From Candidatus Magasanikiibacteriota bacterium (GTDB taxonomy: Bacteria > Patescibacteriota > Patescibacteriia > Magasanikbacterales > GWA2-37-8): DNA of 64,000 nt. Location of the stretch: contig JACPGS010000027.1 of NCBI GenBank assembly GCA_016189025.1, positions 22,506-86,505 on the forward strand, in the 5' to 3' direction. Position numbers and translations under genes: made by a program. Under the pieces are notes generated by a model. The model did no database searches, was not told where the DNA came from, and worked only from the letters and a program-made list of their open reading frames with translations. Below are positions 8,284 to 16,733 of the stretch, in pieces (position 1 is the stretch's first letter; each line of letters opens with the position of its first letter).

Positions 8284-9424
8284 TCAGTTGCGTCAGTGGT
8301 TTTATCGGCTGAAGGCGCCGCGCCGCCCTTATCGGTCGCTGGTTGAGATAAAAATTTCGGCGGGAGCCTTACGTCGTAATTTAGCAGTCTTCCAGATTCG
8401 CTACCCAAACCTGGCCTTTGCCCCGGTGTTAAAAAGCAATGCTTATGGCCACGGATTGGCTTTGGCGGCGCGGATTCTTGAGGCGCTGCCGATCCCTTTC
8501 CTGGTAGTGGATTCTTACTTTGAAGCATTATTATTGCGCCGCGCCGGCATTCATACCCCGCTGTTAATTATCGGTTATGCGAGTGATGAACAACTGGCGC
8601 GGCCAATATCTAATTGCGCTTTTACCATCAGTAGTCTGGATCAGCTCAAACGTCTGGCAGAATTACAGCATCAGCGCTTGGTTATTCATCTGAAAATTGA
8701 TACCGGCATGCACCGGCAGGGGATAGCGCCGGCTGAAGCAGGAGAGGCGATGGCAATTTTGCAGCGCTCGCCGCGGTTAAGGCTGGAAGGCATTGCTTCG
8801 CATTTGGCGCAGGCCGAAACCGCCGATGATAATTTTACCTCCGGGCAGATTGCCGCCTGGAACAATTTAGCAGGGGAGTGGCGCCGCGCCTTTCCGGATC
8901 TGCGTTACGTTCATTTGTCCAATACCGAAGGCACCCGCTGGAGCAATCAGATTGACGCCAACCTGGTGCGCTTGGGGCTTGGCCTTTACGGGTATCGCCT
9001 GCGGCCGGATTCTGAATTAGGTCTAACGCCGGCGCTCTCCCTGCATACCGTGGTGACAGCCGTAAAATCAGTTGCCGCCGGCGCTCAAGTTGGCTATAAT
9101 ACCACTTTTACGGCGCCGCGGCCGATGCGCCTGGCGATTCTGCCCTTAGGGTATCACGAGGGGATAGACCGCCGCTTATCTAACCGGGGAGTAGTGAAAA
9201 TCGCCGACCGATTTTGCCCGATTGTGGGGCGCGTCAGCATGAACATCACCATTATTGATGTCAGCGCGGCGCCGGCAGTGCGCGAGGGCACGCCGGTGAC
9301 GGTAATCAGCGCTAATCCGGCTGATTTAAATTCAGTAACGGCCATCGCCGAGCAATGCGGCACGATTCCTTACGAGATTTTAGTACATTTGTCGCCCTCC
9401 TTGCGGCGGACAGTAGTTGATTGA
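8276..9424 (+). CDS. alr: Alanine racemase
   Basis: PVLKSNAYGHGL PLP-lysine motif with typical length; overlaps the murF end by 8 nt. Confidence 0.85.
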   Translation: MLSQLRQWFYRLKAPRRPYRSLVEIKISAGALRRNLAVFQIRYPNLAFAPVLKSNAYGHGLALAARILEALPIPFLVVDSYFEALLLRRAGIHTPLLIIGYASDEQLARPISNCAFTISSLDQLKRLAELQHQRLVIHLKIDTGMHRQGIAPAEAGEAMAILQRSPRLRLEGIASHLAQAETADDNFTSGQIAAWNNLAGEWRRAFPDLRYVHLSNTEGTRWSNQIDANLVRLGLGLYGYRLRPDSELGLTPALSLHTVVTAVKSVAAGAQVGYNTTFTAPRPMRLAILPLGYHEGIDRRLSNRGVVKIADRFCPIVGRVSMNITIIDVSAAPAVREGTPVTVISANPADLNSVTAIAEQCGTIPYEILVHLSPSLRRTVVD

Positions 9425-9426
9425 TT

Positions 9427-10623
9427 ATGAATCAAACCATTGGCGTATTTTTTGGCAGCCGCAGCCCGGAGCATGACGTATCCATTGTTACCGGGGAGTT
9501 TGTCATGCGGCGCTTGCGCGATCTTAACTACCGGGTAGTGCCGGTATATATCGGCAAAGACGGGCAGTGGTATATTCAGGAACAATTGGGAAAGCTTAAA
9601 TTTTTTACCAACGATGCATCGTTTTCTGAACAACTGGCTGGGAGCGGCTGGAATCGGTTTTATCTTGATTTAGAGGCCTCCCGCGGCAAGTTGGCGTTCT
9701 GTACTAAAGGATGGCGAAAGCGCACGGTAGAAATTGATTTAGTTTTTCCTACGGTCCATGGCTCCGGCGGCGAAGACGGCACCCTGCAGGGTTTATGCGA
9801 AATGTTTCAGGCGCCTTACGTGGGGTGCGAGGTGGCCGCTTCGGCCGTGGCGATGGATAAGGTATTAACTAAGTTGATTCTTCAGGGCGCCGGGATTCCC
9901 ACCGCTAAGTTTATTTTCTTCACTAAGGCTGAATTTAACCGCGAGCGGGCGGCGATTCTGGCGCGGTTGCGCCGCGAGCTTAACTATCCGGTGATAGTAA
10001 AACCGGCGCGCTTGGGTTCATCGATCGGCGTAGCCAAAATAGCCGATCCAGATACTGATGCTTTGGCTACCAGTATTGAAGTGGCTCTTCAATATGACCA
10101 TAAAGTATTGATAGAACAGGCGATTGAACCAGTCGCTGATCTGACGGTTTGCGTGTTAGGCACGGAACCAGTGAGATTGTCTTTAATTCAGCAGTCGGTT
10201 TTTTCGCGCGCAGTATTGGATTTTACGGCGAAGTATTTGGAAGAAGGCGGTACCCAGTTAGGGGGGAAAGATACCTCGGTAGTAATTCCGGCGCCGCTCT
10301 CGCCAGAAGTAACCGAGGCGATTAGCGAAGTGGCACGTAAAATTTTTCGTCTGTTAGGGTGCAGCGGCATTGCCCGGGTTGACTTTTTGTATAACCAGAA
10401 AACCGGGGAATGGTTTGCCAACGAAGTAAATACTCTCCCGGGCACGCTGTATCATCATTTGTGGGAGCGCTCTGGGGTGCCGTTTGACGAAGTTTTGCAG
10501 ACCTTGATAAAATTAGCCGCCGAGCGGGCGCTGGAGCGCCGGCGTTTGGTCTATAGCTTTCCTTCGCAGTTGCTGACGGCCGCCGGCAGTTTAAAGCTGG
10601 CCGGCAATAAACTCGGGCTTTAG
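9427..10623 (+). CDS. ddl: D-alanine--D-alanine ligase
   Basis: Shows VFFGSRSPEHDVSI, HGSGGEDGTLQG and ATP-grasp C-terminus motifs. ATG at 9427 was chosen over the track's TTG at 9421. Confidence 0.85.
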   Translation: MNQTIGVFFGSRSPEHDVSIVTGEFVMRRLRDLNYRVVPVYIGKDGQWYIQEQLGKLKFFTNDASFSEQLAGSGWNRFYLDLEASRGKLAFCTKGWRKRTVEIDLVFPTVHGSGGEDGTLQGLCEMFQAPYVGCEVAASAVAMDKVLTKLILQGAGIPTAKFIFFTKAEFNRERAAILARLRRELNYPVIVKPARLGSSIGVAKIADPDTDALATSIEVALQYDHKVLIEQAIEPVADLTVCVLGTEPVRLSLIQQSVFSRAVLDFTAKYLEEGGTQLGGKDTSVVIPAPLSPEVTEAISEVARKIFRLLGCSGIARVDFLYNQKTGEWFANEVNTLPGTLYHHLWERSGVPFDEVLQTLIKLAAERALERRRLVYSFPSQLLTAAGSLKLAGNKLGL

Positions 10624-10783
10624 AGCCTGTCTAACAAGTCCATTTCTGCTGCCAGTCGCCAATTCCGGCTGCAAAAAACTCATCGCTCGTCGGCGTATAT
10701 TCCATATACACCTCCTCACGCTTCGTTTTTTTCGCTCGAAATTGTCGCCTTTCGCTACGAAAGCGACTTATTAGACAGGCTCT
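10622..10783. repeat. Single-copy palindromic element bounded by perfect 13-bp inverted repeats AGAGCCTGTCTAA / TTAGACAGGCTCT
   Basis: Terminal inverted repeats read from the sequence. An internal hairpin GTCGCCTTTCGCTACGAAAGCGAC is present. The element fills the ddl-to-next-gene spacer. Confidence 0.6.
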
Positions 10784-10792
10784 TAGATTTAT

Positions 10793-11353
10793 ATGGCTTT
10801 ACCACGTTTAACCTTAATCCTAGGCACGGCCCGCGCCGGCCGCCGTTCCGAGGCGGTGGCAAAATATCTGCAGGAGATATTACAGGAACGCTCGGATTTG
10901 AGCGTGGAATTCGCGGATGTGCGTGATTATCTTTATGGGCACACTATTCCTCCCTGGGAAGAAAATCCGGTTACTGCCCGCTGGCGGGAATTAGTGGCGC
11001 GCACGGACGCCTTTTTGATTGTGGCGCCGGAATATAACCACGGCTATCCGGGTGAGTTAAAAATTCTGCTGGACGCCGCGGCGGATTCCGGCGGCTATCA
11101 CGGCAAACCAGTGGCTTTTTGCGGAGTGTCCCAGGGGCTAATCAGCGGGGCGCGCGGGGTGGAACAGCTGGCCGGGGTAGCGCGCGATCTGGGTTTGGTA
11201 ACAATGCGGGCCAGTCTTTATGTCGCCAATGTTAATAGTTTTGCGGAAAAATCCCGCGCCGAACGCGACGAAAAATATCGCGAATCTTTAGATCGCTTAA
11301 TTGCCGCGCTGTTTGAGCATCTTCCCGCCTTCCGCAAGGGGAGCGCCCTATGA
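10793..11353 (+). CDS. NAD(P)H-dependent FMN reductase-type flavoprotein
   Basis: The LTLILGTARAGRRSEAV...FLIVAPEYNHGYPGELK pattern matches the NADPH-dependent FMN reductase family. Confidence 0.65.
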   Translation: MALPRLTLILGTARAGRRSEAVAKYLQEILQERSDLSVEFADVRDYLYGHTIPPWEENPVTARWRELVARTDAFLIVAPEYNHGYPGELKILLDAAADSGGYHGKPVAFCGVSQGLISGARGVEQLAGVARDLGLVTMRASLYVANVNSFAEKSRAERDEKYRESLDRLIAALFEHLPAFRKGSAL

Positions 11354-11441
11354 GTGTCTGCCGCTCCCAACCAAGTGAGTGACCGCAATAGCGACAGCGA
11401 CCAGGCGGATAACGATTATCGCTGGCATTCTTCTATAGTCT
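11352..11441 (-). mobile_element. MITE-like family 1, truncated copy G in reverse orientation (TIR plus 5' half only)
   Basis: The reverse complement reads AGACTATAGAAGAATGCCAGCGATAATCGTTATCCGCCTGGTCGCTGTCGCTATTG...GCGGCAGACACTC. It abuts the stop codon of the flavoprotein gene. Confidence 0.55.
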
Positions 11442-11475
11442 TATGATAAACAGTTATTCTTAATGAAATAGAGAT

Positions 11476-11664
11476 ATGTCAAAGTCGGTGGTTCGCTGCC
11501 TTAATTGCGGCGAAAAGTTCAAAGCAGGAGTTAGTCGCTGTCCTCACTGCAGCCAAAATCAGGAAAGTTCGCCGGAGAAAGCCCCGGGGGAAACCAGCGG
11601 TAATTGGTTAGGCGTGAGCGCAGAAGAAATGAGAGCCAGATTGCGCCAACAGCGCGCTGCCTGA
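11476..11664 (+). CDS. Small zinc-ribbon protein (62 aa)
   Basis: Contains a CLNCG...CPHC four-cysteine ribbon motif. Confidence 0.35.
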   Translation: MSKSVVRCLNCGEKFKAGVSRCPHCSQNQESSPEKAPGETSGNWLGVSAEEMRARLRQQRAA

Positions 11665-11677
11665 CCGGTAAGCATTT

Positions 11678-12445
11678 ATGTCATCGCTCTTCCCCTATAA
11701 AACGAAAGCTTCCCATACTTTATTTGATCCCGGTAGTCACCGGCCGTTTCGGATCAGCCGGTCGCGGATTGATCGCTGGTTAGAATGCCCGCGCTGTTTT
11801 TATCTGGAATGGAGAAGGGGAGTGGGGCGGCCGTCAATGCCGGGATTTTCGCTTAATAACGCGGTAGATGCCCTCTTGAAGAAAGAATTTGATATTCACC
11901 GCGCCCGGGGCACGGCGCACCCCTTAATGCAGGCCTACGGCCTGGATGCAGTGCCGTTTGACCATGCCCAAATTGATGCCTGGCGCGATGCCCTGCGCCG
12001 CGGCGTTACTTATTTGCATCCGCCGACTAATTTACTGATTACCGGCGGCATAGATGACGTCTGGAAAAATGCTACCGGCGAGCTGATCGTAGTAGATTAT
12101 AAAGCCACTGCCACCAGCCAGCAAATCAGTTTAGACGACGGCTACAAAAGCGGCTATAAAAAGCAGGTGGAAGTGTACCAGTGGCTGTTGCGCCAAAACG
12201 GATTCCCGGTGTCTCCGGTCGCTTATTTTGTGTTTGTCAACGGCCAGACCGATCGGGAGGCGTTTGACGGCAAGCTGGAATTTGATATTCAGCTGATTAG
12301 CCATACCGGCGATGACCGGTGGGTAGAGCCGGCAATTTACCAAATTCACGAATGTCTGATGAACGATAATATCCCGGCGGCAGGGAACATCTGTGAATAT
12401 TGCGGCTACCGGGCTGCCGCAGCACAGGCGACCGGAGAGAAATAA
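11678..12445 (+). CDS. Stand-alone PD-(D/E)XK nuclease with a Cas4/RecB-like Fe-S cysteine arrangement
   Basis: Has an N-terminal CPRC, central GGIDDV and ELIVVDYK (D...E-x-K) motifs, QVEVYQ, and a C-terminal CEYCGY. Confidence 0.55.
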   Translation: MSSLFPYKTKASHTLFDPGSHRPFRISRSRIDRWLECPRCFYLEWRRGVGRPSMPGFSLNNAVDALLKKEFDIHRARGTAHPLMQAYGLDAVPFDHAQIDAWRDALRRGVTYLHPPTNLLITGGIDDVWKNATGELIVVDYKATATSQQISLDDGYKSGYKKQVEVYQWLLRQNGFPVSPVAYFVFVNGQTDREAFDGKLEFDIQLISHTGDDRWVEPAIYQIHECLMNDNIPAAGNICEYCGYRAAAAQATGEK

Positions 12446-12453
12446 TCAGAAAT

Positions 12454-13248
12454 TCACGGGGCGGCCCATTCTTTTTGAACGGATAGATTTTCGGCATTTT
12501 CATTTTTGAGCATGACTTTTTTCCACCAGTTATAATGAGGAGATTCAGTATCTAAATTTAGAGAAGCCGGAGTGTGGGACTGGCGGCGGGCAGCGATTGA
12601 TTGATAGTCCAAGGTAACTGGTTTAGTAAAGAGCGGATGATCTTGCTGGAAGAGTTCAGCGAATTCTGGGAATGCAGTGGTAAAATTATTCAGGTAAGAG
12701 CGATAATAATCGGTGGGAAGAGTAATGGTGCCGTATTTATTTATTAAGGGCGTAACAAAACGGCGGTTGCCCGCAAAAATTTCGTGCAGCGCCTCGCCAA
12801 AAGCATCAAATTTATCCGTCAGTTTCATTAAACGCGCTTCCGGGGTTTTTAATTCTGCTGCTTCTCTCAACAGGGCGCGATAAGAATAGTCGCCGAGCCG
12901 CTTCGGAAAACGTTTGGCGAGTAAGTCAATGGCGTTGAGTTCTTCAGTCTTAAGGGCGGCTAGCTCGGCAGGAGTCATTTTTAATTTATTGCCCATTTCC
13001 ACATCGCCGGTAATGATTTCCGGGTCATCATGCACCAATGCCAATAATTGCGTGCGGCAAGCATCAAAAGATAAGCCAAAAATTTGTTGAGCAAGAGGTA
13101 ATAGCGGCTGGACTAAAGCCAGGACGCGGCGCGAATGAATTTTCAGATCAGTGCGGTAGAACATTGGCCGGTAACTGGCATAACGCGTAATTTTTTCAAG
13201 TGCTTCTGCTCGACCAGCAAAGTTAATGATAGAATGGTGGATAAGCAT
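12454..13248 (-). CDS. HD-domain phosphohydrolase (YfbR-like 5'-deoxynucleotidase family)
   Basis: Shows HSRRVLALV ... LVHDDPEIITGD, i.e. H..HD..D metal-ligand spacing. Confidence 0.5.
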   Translation of the reverse strand: MLIHHSIINFAGRAEALEKITRYASYRPMFYRTDLKIHSRRVLALVQPLLPLAQQIFGLSFDACRTQLLALVHDDPEIITGDVEMGNKLKMTPAELAALKTEELNAIDLLAKRFPKRLGDYSYRALLREAAELKTPEARLMKLTDKFDAFGEALHEIFAGNRRFVTPLINKYGTITLPTDYYRSYLNNFTTAFPEFAELFQQDHPLFTKPVTLDYQSIAARRQSHTPASLNLDTESPHYNWWKKVMLKNENAENLSVQKEWAAP

Positions 13249-13347
13249 AGAGTAAGGCTTTTTTTGTTCATTTGACGCCAGTAAACGCGGGATAGCGTGT
13301 TATCTAGCAAGCAAATTTTACAAAAAATTTGAATAACCAGGGAGAAC

Positions 13348-13378
13348 AAAATAGCTGGTAAGAGGTCAGCTATTTTTT
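13348..13378. terminator. Hairpin ATAGCTG-gtaagagg-CAGCTAT with T runs on both strands, overlapping the xer stop codon
   Basis: Read from the sequence; it is the likely terminator for the minus-strand recombinase gene. Confidence 0.45.
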
Positions 13379-14341
13379 GTTTCCCCGGTGGAATTTTTGG
13401 TGGATATCACGCAATCGGCGATTGGTAATGTGGGTATAAATTTGGGTGGTAACAATGTTTTTGTGCCCCAGTAGTTCCTGCACCGAGCGGACATCAGCGC
13501 CTTGTTCCAGCAAATCAGTGGCAAAGCTATGGCGGAGCGTATGGGGGGTGGCATCTATTGGGAGGCCAGCCCGGGCGGCATAAGTTCTTACCAGGCGCTC
13601 TACCGAGCGGGCTGTCAGCCGCCGCTCGCTGTCTTTAGGCTGATTTTTGCTATAGCTGATAAAGAGGGGAGGAGAGAGGTCAAGTTGCCTGGTTTGCAGA
13701 TATTTTCCTAGCCAATGCAAGGCGCGCTCGGAAAAATAGACGGTACGCACCGCGCCGCCTTTGCCGGCAATGCTGATTTCCAGCGTTTTATATTTGCCTT
13801 TGGTAATAGCCGGAATATCAAAGCTACGTATATTAAGCGACGTTAACTCAGAAACCCGCATCCCGGTAGAAAAGAGGACCTCCAGAATAGCGCGGTCGCG
13901 CCCGCCTTCTTTAGTGGTAACATCGGGGATGTTCATTAGCTTCTCTATCTGCTCATAGGATAAAAATTTAATAGTTTTTTCTTTTTCAGTTAATTTAGGC
14001 AGTTTAATCTTATCTGATGGCAAAGCTTGAATATCGCGATCGGCAAAATAGGCCAACAGGGCGCGCAAAGCAATCAGGTAATAGTTCTGAGTAGTTTTTT
14101 TGAGATAATGGCCGCGGGCCTCTTTTTTCCGCGATAAATAAAGGCGATAGTGCCAAACCTGCTCCGAGGTTAATTCATGAGGTTTAATTTTGTTTAGCTT
14201 GTTATCTTGCAACCATTGTTTAAACATTTTAAGAAAGTTATGATAATTTTTGGTAGTGAGGGGGCTTAATCCTTTTTCTACTTCGCAATAATCCAAAAAC
14301 GAGGGGATCTCTTGAATAAGGGAGGTGGCTGATTTATGCAT
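13370..14341 (-). CDS. xerD: Tyrosine site-specific recombinase (XerC/XerD family)
   Basis: C-terminal HTLRHSFATDLLEQGADVRSVQELLGHKNIVTTQIYTHI catalytic box and N-terminal SAM-like core-binding domain. The symbol assignment is tentative. Confidence 0.8.
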   Translation of the reverse strand: MHKSATSLIQEIPSFLDYCEVEKGLSPLTTKNYHNFLKMFKQWLQDNKLNKIKPHELTSEQVWHYRLYLSRKKEARGHYLKKTTQNYYLIALRALLAYFADRDIQALPSDKIKLPKLTEKEKTIKFLSYEQIEKLMNIPDVTTKEGGRDRAILEVLFSTGMRVSELTSLNIRSFDIPAITKGKYKTLEISIAGKGGAVRTVYFSERALHWLGKYLQTRQLDLSPPLFISYSKNQPKDSERRLTARSVERLVRTYAARAGLPIDATPHTLRHSFATDLLEQGADVRSVQELLGHKNIVTTQIYTHITNRRLRDIHQKFHRGNKK

Positions 14342-14448
14342 AGAAAGTCGCTTAATCTATCTTATACGACGTTAGAAACACTGAAATTAAGGCCCAGTTT
14401 CCTTTCTTTTTCTTTCTCCCCTACCCCCCGTTCAACTAGTAGAAGATG

Positions 14449-14627
14449 AGACTGTAGAAGAATGCCGACCATAATCGTTATCCGTCTGGTCGCTGTCGCT
14501 ATTGTTGGAAATTACCTGGTCGGTCGCGGCAGACACTCTTTGGGTGCTCATAAATAATTGCGCGCCCAAAGACACTCGTCTGCCGCGCCCTGATGCTAAC
14601 TGGTTTTTTCAATTCTTCTCCAGTCTT
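14449..14627 (+). mobile_element. MITE-like family 1, copy B
   Basis: TIRs AGACTGTAGAAGAAT / ATTCTTCTCCAGTCT with one mismatch and a conserved core. The apical hairpin is replaced by ATAAATAATT. The copy lies between xerD and the ftsQ-like gene. Confidence 0.7.
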
Positions 14628-14633
14628 AAGATA

Positions 14634-15677
14634 TCAACGCCAGAACAACCGATCGGCAAAGCGCACGTCAATGTATTCCTGGGGTTTTTGCTGTTGGAGT
14701 AAAAGCTGCAGATTGGCTAATTGGGCGGCGATTTCTTTATCGGGCTGAAAGCGGATTTGGTAGCGGCGCGGGGAAAAAGCAATGACTCCGGCCCGCGGGT
14801 CCTGTACCGTATAATAAATCCCCTCTCCCCTGCCCGGGGCGAAAGACTGGTGCCACTCTGCCAATCCGGCAATAAAATCAGCGGTAAAAATTTTTTCTCC
14901 GGTTTCCGTAGTGGTAGGCGTACGCTCATCAAAGATAACCGGGTAATCGCCATAGAGTGTTTTTAGCTTGTTCGTATCCGGCGCGTAGCTGGCAGGCCGG
15001 GTGGTGCTGGCATTATTAAGTTGAGTCGGTGGCAATTTCCCCAGTGGCGTAGTGGTAACGGTAGTGGAAGCCGAAATAATCGGTGAATGTTCCCCCAGTT
15101 TCTGCCGCGCGATTCCCTGTTCGTCTAAAAAAAAGTAGGCTTTTCCCGTATCGTAGATTGCTCCTCGGGCGCGGGGGGAAAAGGTTATTTTAAGCGTGTG
15201 AGGAAAAATTCGTTCCGCGGTAACGGCAAAAAGCGGGAATTGATTTTCCAGCCGGGCGGCTAAAGTGCGTTCCCGCAGAAGAAAATAATTGGTGGGAGGC
15301 AGAAAATTTTTAATTTCAGCGTTGGCGAGAACGGCCTGCACAGCCGCGGCATCCGGCGCGGCCGCTGCCCCGAGAGTAATAATCCGTTTAATTCTAAAAA
15401 ATGGCAGGAACAGCAGCAGCCCGGCCCAAGCAATAATCAGGATCAGCAGGAGGCCGCCGCGCTTTAGGATCGGCGTTAAATTAAAAGTCCAGGTTATTCT
15501 GGGGTAAAACCCGGCGCCGGCAGCGGCATTATGCATTCGCATCAGGCGCCGGCGGTTGCGTAAACGGCGGGTACGCAGCCACCAATGGCTAAACGTTGAT
15601 CCGGGCTGATAGCGCCGGAAATGACGTGGCGAACGAAGCGATCGCAGACCCGCCATAAATGGAGAGAGATAAAACAA
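14634..15677 (-). CDS. FtsQ/DivIB-like cell-division protein (single TM plus POTRA-like region)
   Basis: The C-terminal EYIDVRFADRLF resembles the FtsQ consensus, there is one hydrophobic helix, and the N-terminal part is Arg-rich. The true start may be the internal M (MRMHN...). Confidence 0.5.
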   Translation of the reverse strand: MFYLSPFMAGLRSLRSPRHFRRYQPGSTFSHWWLRTRRLRNRRRLMRMHNAAAGAGFYPRITWTFNLTPILKRGGLLLILIIAWAGLLLFLPFFRIKRIITLGAAAAPDAAAVQAVLANAEIKNFLPPTNYFLLRERTLAARLENQFPLFAVTAERIFPHTLKITFSPRARGAIYDTGKAYFFLDEQGIARQKLGEHSPIISASTTVTTTPLGKLPPTQLNNASTTRPASYAPDTNKLKTLYGDYPVIFDERTPTTTETGEKIFTADFIAGLAEWHQSFAPGRGEGIYYTVQDPRAGVIAFSPRRYQIRFQPDKEIAAQLANLQLLLQQQKPQEYIDVRFADRLFWR

Positions 15678-15807
15678 AATAAAAAAATTCCTAGGGTTTC
15701 TCTAAATTAAGTATACCATACTTTTAATAGTTTTTTAAGCGACGATTCCAGCGGGGCGAGGCTAATCCCAAGTAAATCTTCCAGCCCTCTCCCCTATTCC
15801 CGGGGCT

Positions 15808-15836
15808 AGTTATGCACATTAAGATTGTGCTATACT
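15808..15836 (+). promoter_or_regulatory. Candidate promoter with extended -10 element TGcTATACT upstream of the cupredoxin gene
   Basis: TGCTATACT lies 32 nt upstream of the ATG; the -35 is weak. Confidence 0.3.
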
Positions 15837-15867
15837 ATGATAGTAATTAATTATTAACTTTATTTTT

Positions 15868-16698
15868 ATGAGATTACGCCTTTGGCTAACGGGAATCGGA
15901 GGGATTTTAATTATGGCGGGAGCGGGCTGTGTTAAATCTCCGGCTTTGACGCCGGCGGGAGGGGTTCCTCCGGCGAGTGCCCCCCAGCCCCTTAGTCAGC
16001 CGGTTTTAGAGGTTAAAGACCAGGCGGTAATCAATGATCAGGTAGTAGTGGAACGGGTGGTTTCCGCGGCGTCGGTTTGGGTAGCAATTCACCGAATGGC
16101 CGGCAACCAAGCCGGCGAAGCCGTTGGGCAGCTGTTAGTGAGCGCCGGGGAAACCAAAACTTTTGCGGTACCGGTACAAAAGTCTAAAATTACCGATGAA
16201 TTGACGGCCATGTTGCATACTGACCGGGGCGTGGTCGGCACCTGGGAATTTCCCGGCGCCGATGCTCCGGTAGCCGGCCCGGACGGTAAGCCGGTGATGG
16301 TTAAGTTCAGGATAATTAAGAGTCCGGTTCCGGCCGGGGCGTCGTCCCGCGATCAGGCGCGGCAGGTGAAATTAGAAGCGAAGTTAGATGCGATTGCCGA
16401 GGCGGCAACGGCATCTCCTGCTCCGGTAGTAATAATGATGGAAGCCAAACAATGGGAATTTGTGCCGGCTATCGTACGGGTGAAAAAAGGCGCGCGGGTG
16501 CAGCTGAAAATAAAGAGCGTAGACGTAAACCATGGATTGGGATTGCCGGAGTTTAATGTCCGCGCCCAGCTGGCCGTCGGGAAAACCACCACAGTATCGT
16601 TTACCGCCGATCAGACAGGCAGTTTCCCTTTCTTTTGCACGGTCTATTGCGGCGAAAAACACGGTGAGATGCGGGGGATGCTGATAGTGGAGGAATAA
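15868..16698 (+). CDS. Lipoprotein with a C-terminal CuA-type cupredoxin domain
   Basis: Lipobox MAGAGC. The C-terminus H...CTVYCGEKHGEM has the CuA spacing C-x3-C-G-x2-H-x2-M. Confidence 0.6.
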   Translation: MRLRLWLTGIGGILIMAGAGCVKSPALTPAGGVPPASAPQPLSQPVLEVKDQAVINDQVVVERVVSAASVWVAIHRMAGNQAGEAVGQLLVSAGETKTFAVPVQKSKITDELTAMLHTDRGVVGTWEFPGADAPVAGPDGKPVMVKFRIIKSPVPAGASSRDQARQVKLEAKLDAIAEAATASPAPVVIMMEAKQWEFVPAIVRVKKGARVQLKIKSVDVNHGLGLPEFNVRAQLAVGKTTTVSFTADQTGSFPFFCTVYCGEKHGEMRGMLIVEE

Positions 16699-16733
16699 AA
16701 ACAAACACCCCGACTTAGTCGGGGTGTTTTGTT
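16697..16733. terminator. Bidirectional terminator CACCCCGAC-tta-GTCGGGGTG with flanking A/T runs
   Basis: Read from the sequence; it overlaps the serS stop. Confidence 0.6.

Noticed and set aside
13370-14341. Prophage or integrative element inferred from the tyrosine recombinase
   Set aside because: No phage structural, replication or lysis genes flank it. The neighbours are ftsQ-like and housekeeping genes, so it is more consistent with a chromosomal Xer recombinase.
14634-14636. One-base disagreement between my hand count of the ftsQ-like stop codon and the ORF-track end coordinate
   Set aside because: It most likely comes from my manual counting of a T run at 14601-14610. The track coordinate was retained.
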